Assembly: GCA_963845145.1 (NCBI GenBank)
Contig: CAWJQU010000003.1
Location: forward strand, 160,001-224,000
From: an uncultured delta proteobacterium
GTDB lineage: Bacteria > Desulfobacterota > Desulfobacteria > Desulfobacterales > QNYZ01
DNA length: 64,000 nt
Direction of reading: 5' to 3'
Part shown: positions 55,607 to 64,000 of the stretch, piece after piece
Layout of the letters: each line of letters opens with the position of its first letter
Numbering within the stretch: position 1 is the first letter of the stretch
Translations under genes and position numbers: made by a program
The notes under the pieces: generated by a model
Databases searched by the model: none
Told to the model about the DNA's origin: nothing
Seen by the model: only the letters and a program-made list of their open reading frames with translations

Positions 55607-56254
55607 TCAGCATAAAAGCGTAACCAGTTCATCTTGGGAGTGAATCACATAATCAGGAAACCCCTCTTGGAGTTTCTTCTCGGCGTGCCAACCCCATGTG
55701 ACCGCCACCGTGGTGGCGCCGGCACGTTGACCTTCAAGCATGTCGCCTTTTGTATCGCCCACATAAAATGCTCGTAAATTCGAGTATCGAGACATCACCT
55801 TCTTGATTTTATTTACTTTACTTCTATCTGTCTCCGCACCGATGACACCTTCTACCCCATTGACGGATTCAACCTCTAATGCCCGATGGACAACACGTGA
55901 AAGATTCGACGTGATGATATACACCTTATTTGTTTCAGAAACGGTTTCCAGCGTATCCGCCATGCCGTCAAAGAGTTTTACCTTCTCGATATTTGGCGAC
56001 ACCAAAACCTGAAAGCGTCTCAGGATTTGGTTGATCATTTTGTCACCCAATGCGTAAGCCTTCAAAGATTCGAAAAGATTACCATCGAACAGTCTCATGA
56101 TGTTGGTTTTAGAATCCATTTCGTGAAACCCGCTCTTTTGGCTGGCTTCCAGAAACGCCGTGGTAAAAACCTGATAAGAATCGGCAATGACGCCATCGTA
56201 ATCAAACATGACAAGGTTTTTTGGGATCTGTTGCAATTGCGGTGACCTATTCAA
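55607..56254 (-). CDS. HAD-superfamily phosphatase (Gph-like)
   Basis: Motif I FDYDGVIAD, motif II ITSN, motif IV VGDTKGD, AVTWG. Start uncertain. Confidence 0.88.
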   Translation of the reverse strand: MNRSPQLQQIPKNLVMFDYDGVIADSYQVFTTAFLEASQKSGFHEMDSKTNIMRLFDGNLFESLKAYALGDKMINQILRRFQVLVSPNIEKVKLFDGMADTLETVSETNKVYIITSNLSRVVHRALEVESVNGVEGVIGAETDRSKVNKIKKVMSRYSNLRAFYVGDTKGDMLEGQRAGATTVAVTWGWHAEKKLQEGFPDYVIHSQDELVTLLC

Positions 56255-56274
56255 TAGGATCCGGTTTAATAGGG

Positions 56275-57057
56275 TCAGGCGATGATCACTTCAACATTCA
56301 TTTTGTCAAGGTCTCTTTGGAAATCCGCGGGAACGGGGCGATTGGTGATAAGTACATCCACATGCTTTAAGGGTGCGATGGACAGTTCCGCCACGCGACC
56401 AAATTTGGGGGTGTCCGCCAACACGATTACCTGCCCCCGGGTATGACGGATCATGCTCCGCTCGATAACAGCCATCTCAAGGTCGGCTGTTGTCAGACCG
56501 GCACTGAGACTCAACCCATCTGCCCCTAGAAAAACTTTCGTTGCGTTTATTTGTCGGATCATTTCCATGGTAAGGGGTCCGGAAACCGAATGCGTGACAG
56601 GGTTATACGCGCCTGGAAGAAGTATAAGCTCGGCGGTAGCGTCTCCAATTTCAGTGGTCGTACCAAGGTTATTGGTAAAGATGGTAAAAGGCATACCTAC
56701 CTTTGCAAAGCGGATCATCTGGGCCACGGTGGTTCCTTCACCGATATAAATAGTGTCGTTGGGTTCAATCAGGGACGCGGCACTTTGCGCAATTTTTTCC
56801 TTTTCCGGAAGATTCTCTTTTATGGCGCGATTATACTGAAATTTACCGGCTACACGCTCTTGTCTGGAAACGGCCCCGCCATGGGTCCTCTCGACGAGCC
56901 CCTTTTTTTCTAAAATGTCGAGATCACGGCGGATAGTCATTTCTGAAACGCCAAGCATGTCGCTGAGACGTGTTCCACGAATGGTGAATTCTTCTCTTAA
57001 TATTGCGAGAATCCGCTGTTGTCTCTCGGCAGGTAGTAAAGAATGGTTGTTTTTCAT
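56275..57057 (-). CDS. DeoR/GlpR-family transcriptional regulator
   Basis: ERQQRIL...VSEMTIRRDL...RTHGGA HTH; EKEKIA; GTT; start placed at ATG 57057. Confidence 0.94.
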   Translation of the reverse strand: MKNNHSLLPAERQQRILAILREEFTIRGTRLSDMLGVSEMTIRRDLDILEKKGLVERTHGGAVSRQERVAGKFQYNRAIKENLPEKEKIAQSAASLIEPNDTIYIGEGTTVAQMIRFAKVGMPFTIFTNNLGTTTEIGDATAELILLPGAYNPVTHSVSGPLTMEMIRQINATKVFLGADGLSLSAGLTTADLEMAVIERSMIRHTRGQVIVLADTPKFGRVAELSIAPLKHVDVLITNRPVPADFQRDLDKMNVEVIIA

Positions 57058-57098
57058 GCCAGCCCTCGAAAAATCCACACATTGAATATGATAAGAGC

Positions 57099-57126
57099 AA
57101 TATATAGTGCTTGATAATGTTGTCAA
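57099..57126 (-). promoter_or_regulatory. Candidate sigma70 promoter for the deoR-catabolic operon
   Basis: TTGACA-16 nt-TATATT, about 40 nt upstream of the deoR ATG. Confidence 0.65.
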
Positions 57127-57275
57127 GTGTTTAATTATATTTTTAAAACGAACACATATCATATTCGTTGCACTATACATTTTTCTCAGCCAAAACTAAA
57201 AAACCAGTGCCTTAATCTATAATTAATTCTTATTTATACTATTATATCGTGTAATAACATATTTTTAAATATGCC

Positions 57276-57304
57276 TTGACTTAAATATACCTGTAATTTA
57301 TAAA
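57276..57304 (+). promoter_or_regulatory. Candidate sigma70 promoter for the divergent ABC operon
   Basis: TTGACT-17 nt-TATAAA. Confidence 0.6.
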
Positions 57305-57535
57305 ATACTGTACTTAATAAATACCGTTCATTATATTTTTATTGTTTTTATATAAACGTATTCGAACATCTATTTTGGTAGATATTTTTCGTTTATCCAA
57401 ACCGTGGATGCAATCAACAGCGCCATGGCGCGCTTAAATAGAGCGTACTTAAATGGGGAAAGGCGGCCAAGCGGACGCAGATATCTGGACGTCCAGTCAA
57501 TTACATTTCATCTTTAGCTAAGGGGGGATTAAAAA

Positions 57536-58528
57536 ATGAAAAAAAAGAGACTATTCTCGGTGATTGTTTTAACGGTGATAACAATGGCATTTTTATTTTC
57601 GACTCAAGCCCTGGCGGCTGATGTATTAAAGGTATACACACATACGGACCCAGACGAAATGGAAAAATGGGTTCCTGCGGCTGAAAAAGCGATTGGAACG
57701 AGGATCGAATGGATCCGCCTCTCTTCCAATGAGTTATGGAGCCGGTTAGAGGCAGAAGCCCCCAACTTCCAAGCCGACCTGATCTGGGGATTCATGAACA
57801 TGCATGCCATGATCGGGGCCATGAAAGATTGGTTTGTGGAATACGATTCGGCCACATGGAAGGATATTCCCGAAGAATTCAAAGATCCGGATGGTCTGTG
57901 GTATGGTTTCAACTACTGGTTCGCCGCAGCCGTGGTCAACACCGACCTTATTAAAAAGAAAAATCTGCCGAAGCCTGTTTCCTGGAAAGACTTAATGAAT
58001 CCTGTCTATAAAGGAGAACTTGTGATGCCAAACCCGGGAACATCGGGTACAGCGTTTTTGTCGGTTTCAGCTATGATGCAGATCTTCGGTGAAGAAGAGG
58101 GCTGGAAAATGCTTGAAGGGATGCACAAAAATACAGCCCAGTACACCAAATCAGGAAGTGCTCCAGCGAAGTTGGTCGCCAGCGGCGAATATGCAGTGGG
58201 GGTCAGTTGGGACCATGCAGTTTTCAGCCGTGTGAGCGAAGGGTTTCATATCGAAGGCATTATCCCTTCCGAAGGGACCGCCTATGATCTCGATTCTGCG
58301 GCCATCCTCAAAGGGTGTAAAAACCTTGAGGCGGCAAAAAAGCTCATCGACTGGATTGGTACCAAGGAAGCCATGGAACTCGTAGGCCAAACCCGATCCA
58401 AAGTGACTCGCCCCGGTATCGAGGGCAAGGTTAAATTTACGCCCAAACTCATTAAATACAATGCTGTCTGGGCCGGTGAAAATAAAAACCGAATCATGAC
58501 TACCTGGAAAGAAAAATTTCAGCAGTAG
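57536..58528 (+). CDS. ABC substrate-binding protein, AfuA/AepX(PhnS2)/FbpA-like
   Basis: Signal peptide; LPKPVSWKDL.NP.YKGELVMPNPGTSGTA; QYTKSGSAP; PSEGT. Confidence 0.88.
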   Translation: MKKKRLFSVIVLTVITMAFLFSTQALAADVLKVYTHTDPDEMEKWVPAAEKAIGTRIEWIRLSSNELWSRLEAEAPNFQADLIWGFMNMHAMIGAMKDWFVEYDSATWKDIPEEFKDPDGLWYGFNYWFAAAVVNTDLIKKKNLPKPVSWKDLMNPVYKGELVMPNPGTSGTAFLSVSAMMQIFGEEEGWKMLEGMHKNTAQYTKSGSAPAKLVASGEYAVGVSWDHAVFSRVSEGFHIEGIIPSEGTAYDLDSAAILKGCKNLEAAKKLIDWIGTKEAMELVGQTRSKVTRPGIEGKVKFTPKLIKYNAVWAGENKNRIMTTWKEKFQQ

Positions 58529-58562
58529 AGATTGCAGCCCATAAAAGCCTTTTCTTTTGCAT

Positions 58563-58613
58563 CGAGCGGCCCCGTAATCAAGATCATGATGTTTTGATCT
58601 TCTACAGGGTCGC
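58563..58613 (+). other. Stem-loop after the SBP gene (likely mRNA stabiliser or partial terminator)
   Basis: AGCGGCCC-GTA..AAGATCA...TGATCTT..TAC-AGGGTCGCT nested inverted repeat. Confidence 0.5.
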
Positions 58614-58782
58614 TACAAAAAACCATTTTCATGTGGCCGACCCTGCAAGGCCAAACCGTGGCTTTCGATCAGATTTCGCATAGGAGGAACAACGAAAACC
58701 CGAACATCAGACAAACACACTGCCCAAAAGTCTTCCGTGTTCACGTGTTAAGAATCGCGCCAAAATTAAATCGGAGAGAAAA

Positions 58783-60732
58783 TTGAGCGAAGTGTTCACG
58801 GATAATTTTCTCACATCCCTATCAAGTGATACCAAGCGATTTTTCCGAAGCCCTGGCCTGGTTGCGGTAACAACCGTTTCCATGTCGCTGATTTTTCTAT
58901 TCATCGTTTTTCCGATCTGGTCGATATTGCAAAACAGTTTCACCGTTAGATACCCGACGGTGATAATTAAGTGCCGGCACACCGTCTCAGACCCAAACCG
59001 GCTTAATCAAAATCTTATCAACCCCATCCTCGGCGTACTGGCCCCCGTAAAAGGGCTTCTCCAGAAACGCGTGGTCATTGAAGATACCCAAAATGTTTCC
59101 ATCATACTTCGGTTTAAAAAAACCTGGGACGACCTAAAGGGCGTTAACGATTCAAAACGAGCCATCGCCACTATTAAAGAGAAAATCGCACCTTATATCG
59201 GCAAGCTGCGATACAAGTTGGGAAAGGAACGAATATACAGCACGGAAACATACCGGGACTTTTTTTCAAATTCACTTTACTGGCACTCTTTAAGAAATAG
59301 CATCGTCCTTGCCGTTGTCTCCACAACCATCATCGTGATAATCGGATTCTGCTTTGCTTATATTGGACTTAGGGGGCCAAAAAGAGCAAGGACACCCCTT
59401 CGGATTCTCGGGCTACTTCCGCTGGTTGCCCCGCCTTTTATTTTTTCACTTTCTTTAATTCTCCTCGGCGGTCGGTCTGGCGTCATCACCCGAATGTCGG
59501 GGTTCGAATTCAACCTCTATGGCTGGCCCGGGGTGATAATCGCTCAAGTGATTACGTTTCTCCCATTGGGGTATCTCATGATCGAAAATGTTTTGAGGTC
59601 CCTGGGAACAAATATGGAAGATGCCGCCGCGGATATGCGTGCCACCGACTATGATATCTTATTCAAAATCACCATCCCTTTGTCTTATCCTGGCCTCTTG
59701 AAGGCGGCGCTGCTCGTGTTTCTTATGTCCATCGCCGATTTCGGCAACCCCATGCTCATCAGTGGTAATGTCCATTTTCTAGCCACGGATGCTTACCTTT
59801 ACTGGGTAAGCGAAAACAACCTGGAGATGGCCGCCGTGTTTTGTGTTTTTCTCATCATTCCCAGCATGATGATGTTCGTTATTCACGAGCTGATTTTGAA
59901 GGGAAAATCATTTACAACCATTGGCGGCAAGCCCCAACACACCGAAGAACGAAAAATACCCGGAAAAATCCTCTACCCGATGCTGGCCATTGTTACGCCG
60001 ATATCGATTCTTATACTATCTTGTTTCGGAATGATTTTCCTCGGTGCGTTTACCAAAATCCTGATGATCGATAATACTTTCACCCTGGCACATTTCAACA
60101 GCCCCAACGGTATCCGGTCCCTATTGACCAGCATTAAATTTGCGCTTTCAGCGGCCTGCATCGCACCACTGTTTGGCGTGACCCTTGCTTACATTTTCGT
60201 CAGAAAAAAAATTCCATTCAAACGAGCACTGGAATTTTTATCTCTGCTGGGATTTGCCGTGCCGGGGACGGTCATGGGCGTGGGATATATTCTTGCCTTC
60301 AACACGCCGCCCATCAAACTGACCGGCACGTTTATCATCATGATTATCAACGAAGCGTTTAGAAACCTTTCGGTCAGCCTGGAAGCAGGAACAAGCAAGC
60401 TCCACCAGATCGATGTTGCCATCGAAGAGGCCGCCGTGGATATGGGTGCAAGCCCGTTTAGAACGTTTACCCAGGTGGTCCTGCCCTTGATCAGCTCTGC
60501 CCTTATCGCGGGGTTCATCTATACGTTTATGGTAGGGATGATCGCAGTCAGCGCGGTTATTTTCCTGATTTCACCAGGAAACAATCTTGCCGCCCTCTAC
60601 ATTTTGGCCATTGCCGAACAGGGGATGCTCGGCATGGCTTGCGCCCTTTCGATTATGTTGATCGCAGTGGTTCTGGCATGCCTGGGAGCATTGAAACTGT
60701 TGGCCCATTTTACCCGCACCGAGGTGTACTAA
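58783..60732 (+). CDS. Fused two-TMD ABC permease (AfuB/FbpB-like) with an extra periplasmic domain
   Basis: Two EAA loops (MEDAAADMRA; IEEAAVDMGA), ADFGNP, FAVPGTVMGVGY; TTG start after GGAGAG. Confidence 0.9.
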   Translation: MSEVFTDNFLTSLSSDTKRFFRSPGLVAVTTVSMSLIFLFIVFPIWSILQNSFTVRYPTVIIKCRHTVSDPNRLNQNLINPILGVLAPVKGLLQKRVVIEDTQNVSIILRFKKTWDDLKGVNDSKRAIATIKEKIAPYIGKLRYKLGKERIYSTETYRDFFSNSLYWHSLRNSIVLAVVSTTIIVIIGFCFAYIGLRGPKRARTPLRILGLLPLVAPPFIFSLSLILLGGRSGVITRMSGFEFNLYGWPGVIIAQVITFLPLGYLMIENVLRSLGTNMEDAAADMRATDYDILFKITIPLSYPGLLKAALLVFLMSIADFGNPMLISGNVHFLATDAYLYWVSENNLEMAAVFCVFLIIPSMMMFVIHELILKGKSFTTIGGKPQHTEERKIPGKILYPMLAIVTPISILILSCFGMIFLGAFTKILMIDNTFTLAHFNSPNGIRSLLTSIKFALSAACIAPLFGVTLAYIFVRKKIPFKRALEFLSLLGFAVPGTVMGVGYILAFNTPPIKLTGTFIIMIINEAFRNLSVSLEAGTSKLHQIDVAIEEAAVDMGASPFRTFTQVVLPLISSALIAGFIYTFMVGMIAVSAVIFLISPGNNLAALYILAIAEQGMLGMACALSIMLIAVVLACLGALKLLAHFTRTEVY

Positions 60733-60744
60733 AAGGAACCCGTT

Positions 60745-61872
60745 ATGGACACATCAAGTAGTAAAAATATCCTCGAAGTCATCAATATCTCCAAGTGCTT
60801 TGGAAAGATGACGGCTGTCGACGACGTATCCTTCAAGTTAAAGCGGGGAAAACTTGTAACTTTTGTAGGGCCCAGCGGTTGCGGCAAAACCACTCTCCTT
60901 AGAATCATCAGTGGTTTCACGGAGCCATCCAAAGGAAAAATCTTACTTGATGGGGAAGATATTACGTTTTTGCGTGCCAACGCCAGGGATACCGCCATGG
61001 TTTTCCAAAATTATGCACTCTTCCCCCATATGACGGTTGCCCAGAATGTCGGTTTCGGACTTAAAATTATGAAAAAGCCCAGAGATGAAATACAAAAGGA
61101 AGTGCGCCGACTGCTCGATCTTGTACAATTAGAGGGACTTGGAAAAAGAAAACCGCAGCAACTTTCCGGCGGGCAACAGCAACGGGTGGCCCTGGCCAGA
61201 GCCCTGAGTCTTCATCCCAAAATCCTTTTATTGGATGAACCGCTTTCCAACTTGGACGCCAACTTACGCGTGTTGATGCGCGAAGAGATCCGAAAACTCC
61301 AAAAGAGGCTCAATCTGTCTATTATCTTCGTTACCCATGACCAGGAAGAGGCCATGTCTATCTCCGATATACTCATTGTCATGGATAACGGGGTCGTCAA
61401 ACAGATCGGTTCACCTACAGAAATTTACGAACGTCCGGTGGATGAATTCGTGGCCAACTTTGTGGGCCACATCAATTTTATCAATGGGACCGTTGACAAA
61501 ATATCCGGCAATAGCGTGCTATTCAAAACCGAACATGGCGACCTGATGATCCAAAAGCCCTCTTTCAACATATCACCACAAGATAAATTAAAGGCTGTCG
61601 TCAGGCCTGAATCCATCGATATTGCCCGACCAGGCCACCAGTCAAGTCGCCAGATGGATGGAATTATAAATAAGATTGATGGCCACATAGACAACTGCAT
61701 GTACATTGGTGCAATCATGCGCTACACCATTTTAGCCGGCCAGCAAACAATCTATGTGGATGAAGCCGACCCTCAATACTGCGGGATATTCCAGCCGGGC
61801 GATGACGTGACATTGCTCTTAAAAGAGACCATTCACATGTTGAAAGAAGTTGAAAAAACCCCGTTAAAATAG
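60745..61872 (+). CDS. ABC ATPase (AfuC/FbpC/PotA-like, C-terminal TOBE-like region)
   Basis: GPSGCGKTT, VFQNYALFPHM, LSGGQQQRVALARAL, LLDEPLSNLD, VTHDQEEA. Confidence 0.95.
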   Translation: MDTSSSKNILEVINISKCFGKMTAVDDVSFKLKRGKLVTFVGPSGCGKTTLLRIISGFTEPSKGKILLDGEDITFLRANARDTAMVFQNYALFPHMTVAQNVGFGLKIMKKPRDEIQKEVRRLLDLVQLEGLGKRKPQQLSGGQQQRVALARALSLHPKILLLDEPLSNLDANLRVLMREEIRKLQKRLNLSIIFVTHDQEEAMSISDILIVMDNGVVKQIGSPTEIYERPVDEFVANFVGHINFINGTVDKISGNSVLFKTEHGDLMIQKPSFNISPQDKLKAVVRPESIDIARPGHQSSRQMDGIINKIDGHIDNCMYIGAIMRYTILAGQQTIYVDEADPQYCGIFQPGDDVTLLLKETIHMLKEVEKTPLK

Positions 61873-61907
61873 CAAGGTGAGACCTTTTTATGGCATTTGC
61901 CGAGAGG

Positions 61908-61946
61908 TTTGCGTCTTTCCCCGACCTCGCTGGGGAAAGACGCAAA
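61908..61946. terminator. Bidirectional terminator between convergent genes
   Basis: TTTGCGTCTTTCCCC-9 nt-GGGGAAAGACGCAAA, a perfect 15-bp stem. Confidence 0.75.
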
Positions 61947-61953
61947 GATCAGG

Positions 61954-63561
61954 TTATTGTATACCGCTCTCCATGGCCGCCTTGGCCGTTTCCAAAATGC
62001 CTTCGGGAAAACCGATAATATTGTAAATACCCAGGAAGCCGACGACCCAGACAACGATCATGCATAACACCCATAAGAAAAAGCCGTACTTCACAAAATC
62101 CATGGGGTGAATCATTTTCTCGCCGGTATCGGGATATACCCCCAACCCGTAAACAATGGCATTATTGGGCGTACCCACGATGAGAAAATGGGCAAAGGAT
62201 GTCGCAAAAGCAACACCTAGACCAACAGCCCAGGGTTCACCGGGAACGCCCGTCATGATCCCCATGGGAATAACGATGGGCCCCAGCAGCGCCGTCGTTC
62301 CAGCATCGGACATGAAATTGGTCATCAGACCGGACAACCCGGACAGGCCGACCCAGAAGCCGAACCCTTCGCTCATACCCACACCGCTTAAAATCGCGAG
62401 AAAGCTTTGGGCCAACCACATGGCGGCACCGCTCTCCTTTAGCAATGCGCCCAGGGTCAGGGCACCACAATACATGAGCCATGCATCCCAGGAGATACCG
62501 TTTAGGATCTTTTTCCACTCTGTTGTTTTAAACACCACCGGGATGAGAAGGGCCAGCAGAGCAGGTCCGCCCAAACCGAGCTCTTCGCCGCCCACAATCC
62601 AGAGAATCAGGATCAAAATCAGCATGCCAAAGGTGACGTACTCGGCATAGGTCATTTTACCCATTCTCTGGGTTTCTTCTTTGATGGCGGCCAGCCCCGG
62701 TGTGAGATCCCTGGTTTTGATCTTACGGCTGAAAAACACCAGCATGTAAACGGCCACCAGGAGGCCCAGGACCGGCACGATCGGCAGGCCGTATTTCATC
62801 CAGGTGAAGAAATCCATGGGTACATTGTATTCACTCCAGAAACCCATCATGATCACATTACGTCCGCCTGCCGCCGGTGAGCCGACCCCCCCGACATTTA
62901 GCGCAAAACAAAGGGTAAACATGAGAAATTTGGCCAATGCGGGATCGTGCACCAGTTGACCGGGAGGACTGCTGGCCCGCACGGAACCAAAATAAACGGC
63001 CGCCATAACGGGCGTCATAAAAGCGCACATGGCATGTGCGGAGATAAAAGACCCCACCACCGACATACTGATGCACAGAACAAAAACCGGCACCAGAAAC
63101 CCCTTGGTCCACCCCAGCAGCCAGGCGGCCAGGCGCTTGTGCAGCCCGACATCCACCACGGCCACGCCCATGGCCAAAACCCCCAGCAAAAACATGGGTG
63201 CATCACCGGCAAACGTTTTTCCAATCATTGGCCGGGGTAAGAGATGTAAGAAATAGGCCAGCATCGGCATCAGCAGACCGGTAAGACCAATAGGAATCGC
63301 TTCTGTGGCGAAAAAAATGACCGCCATGGGGATAATGCCCAAAACAATCATGGTTTTGTGAGCGGCCTGTTCCGGGGTGTGCGCCACCTCCCATTCAATC
63401 ATCTTTTCGACAAAGCCGAATTTCTCAACGGTGGCGATTACGCTCTGTGGTGTCGGAAGAATAAAGCCGACCAAGATAAAAATCGCTACGCCAACGCCTA
63501 GCCATAAACCTTTTTTGGCCAGGATACCGCCTCCGCCATCATGTTCAATTTCATGACTCAT
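61954..63561 (-). CDS. SLC13/DASS-family anion:cation symporter
   Basis: FATEAIPIG, GGVGSPAAGGRN, TNFMSD, GTPNNAIVYG; highly hydrophobic, 535 aa. Confidence 0.9.
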   Translation of the reverse strand: MSHEIEHDGGGGILAKKGLWLGVGVAIFILVGFILPTPQSVIATVEKFGFVEKMIEWEVAHTPEQAAHKTMIVLGIIPMAVIFFATEAIPIGLTGLLMPMLAYFLHLLPRPMIGKTFAGDAPMFLLGVLAMGVAVVDVGLHKRLAAWLLGWTKGFLVPVFVLCISMSVVGSFISAHAMCAFMTPVMAAVYFGSVRASSPPGQLVHDPALAKFLMFTLCFALNVGGVGSPAAGGRNVIMMGFWSEYNVPMDFFTWMKYGLPIVPVLGLLVAVYMLVFFSRKIKTRDLTPGLAAIKEETQRMGKMTYAEYVTFGMLILILILWIVGGEELGLGGPALLALLIPVVFKTTEWKKILNGISWDAWLMYCGALTLGALLKESGAAMWLAQSFLAILSGVGMSEGFGFWVGLSGLSGLMTNFMSDAGTTALLGPIVIPMGIMTGVPGEPWAVGLGVAFATSFAHFLIVGTPNNAIVYGLGVYPDTGEKMIHPMDFVKYGFFLWVLCMIVVWVVGFLGIYNIIGFPEGILETAKAAMESGIQ

Positions 63562-63904
63562 CTTTTACCGCCCTCCTCTGTTTTCTACTTTTTCCAATTA
63601 AAATAAATATGATATTAATGATGCCTCAATCTAAAACTGCTTGATTGAGGCAATTTTTAATGGATGCAAGCAAACAGATTGACCGCCACGATAACCGTTA
63701 AAATACGACGGCCAAGAGGCCGATTTCTACCAAATATTTTGGATGAGTGCAATAAAATATATTGACTATAAGAGTAAAAGTCCTTATTAAAAATAAGATA
63801 GGGGTGGGAGGATAATACCCACACGTATTCTGAGTGAATCGAAAAAAAGATACCGATTTCACCTTATTTTTCAATTTTTTTGACGACATTGATGGAGAGT
63901 AGTA

Positions 63905-64000
63905 ATGGGCGAAAGAATACTGCTGGTTGATGATGAGCAAGATTTTCTGGATATCATGTCTGAGCGTATGCGCAGTCGCGGTATGGAGGTTGTTACGGCC
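63905..64000 (+). CDS. Response-regulator receiver domain protein (partial, runs off the window)
   Basis: GGAG RBS, then MGERILLVDDEQDFLDIMSERMRSRGMEVVTA. Confidence 0.85.
   Translation, partial: MGERILLVDDEQDFLDIMSERMRSRGMEVVTA

Noticed and set aside
55607..56254. HAD protein as phosphonatase PhnX
   Set aside because: Motif I is DYDG (phosphatase-type DxD), not the DWAG of PhnX; no phnW, phnA or C-P lyase genes are in the window.
57420..57500. GC-rich palindromic leader upstream of the SBP as a riboswitch
   Set aside because: Small hairpins are present, but I saw no glycine, cobalamin, THF, SAM or TPP consensus; an Rfam scan would be needed.
63661..63690. sigma54 promoter for the DASS permease
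   Set aside because: The GG and GC dinucleotides are not at the required -24/-12 spacing.

Overview
Bacterial chromosomal window. Gene content and protein sequences suggest an anaerobic Desulfobacterota (Desulfobacterales-like) organism; this taxonomy is inferred, not tested. Positions 1-33.6 kb are almost all minus strand: a TRAP transporter fragment, then the core translation/transcription supercluster (thrU-tyrU-glyT-thrT-tuf-rpmG-trnW-secE-nusG-rplKAJL-rpoBC-rpsLG-tuf-S10-spc-alpha). fusA, adk and map are absent from their usual positions, and the two tuf copies are near-identical. The most striking signal in this core region is a 98-aa parvulin (PpiC-type rotamase)-like domain inserted in frame into the RNA polymerase beta' subunit. 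Positions 33.7-39 kb encode an MltD-like LysM lytic transglycosylase, CooC, a U32-family Fe-S protein and a 166-bp palindromic MITE/REP-like element. Positions 39-62 kb hold a catabolic locus apparently under DeoR control. One arm carries a HAD phosphatase, two dimethylglycine/sarcosine-dehydrogenase-like flavoproteins, EtfBA, a membrane Fe-S ETF:quinone oxidoreductase, a non-pyrrolysine MttB methyltransferase, an APH-fold kinase, a Liv-type ABC transporter and a thioesterase. The divergent arm is an AfuA/AepX-type ABC transporter whose permease carries an RND-porter-like inserted domain. The locus looks like an anaerobic pathway for stepwise demethylation of an N-methylated, possibly phosphorylated, amine or amino acid. 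The window ends with a DASS permease and the start of a response regulator. All family assignments come from motif recognition by eye; no searches were run.
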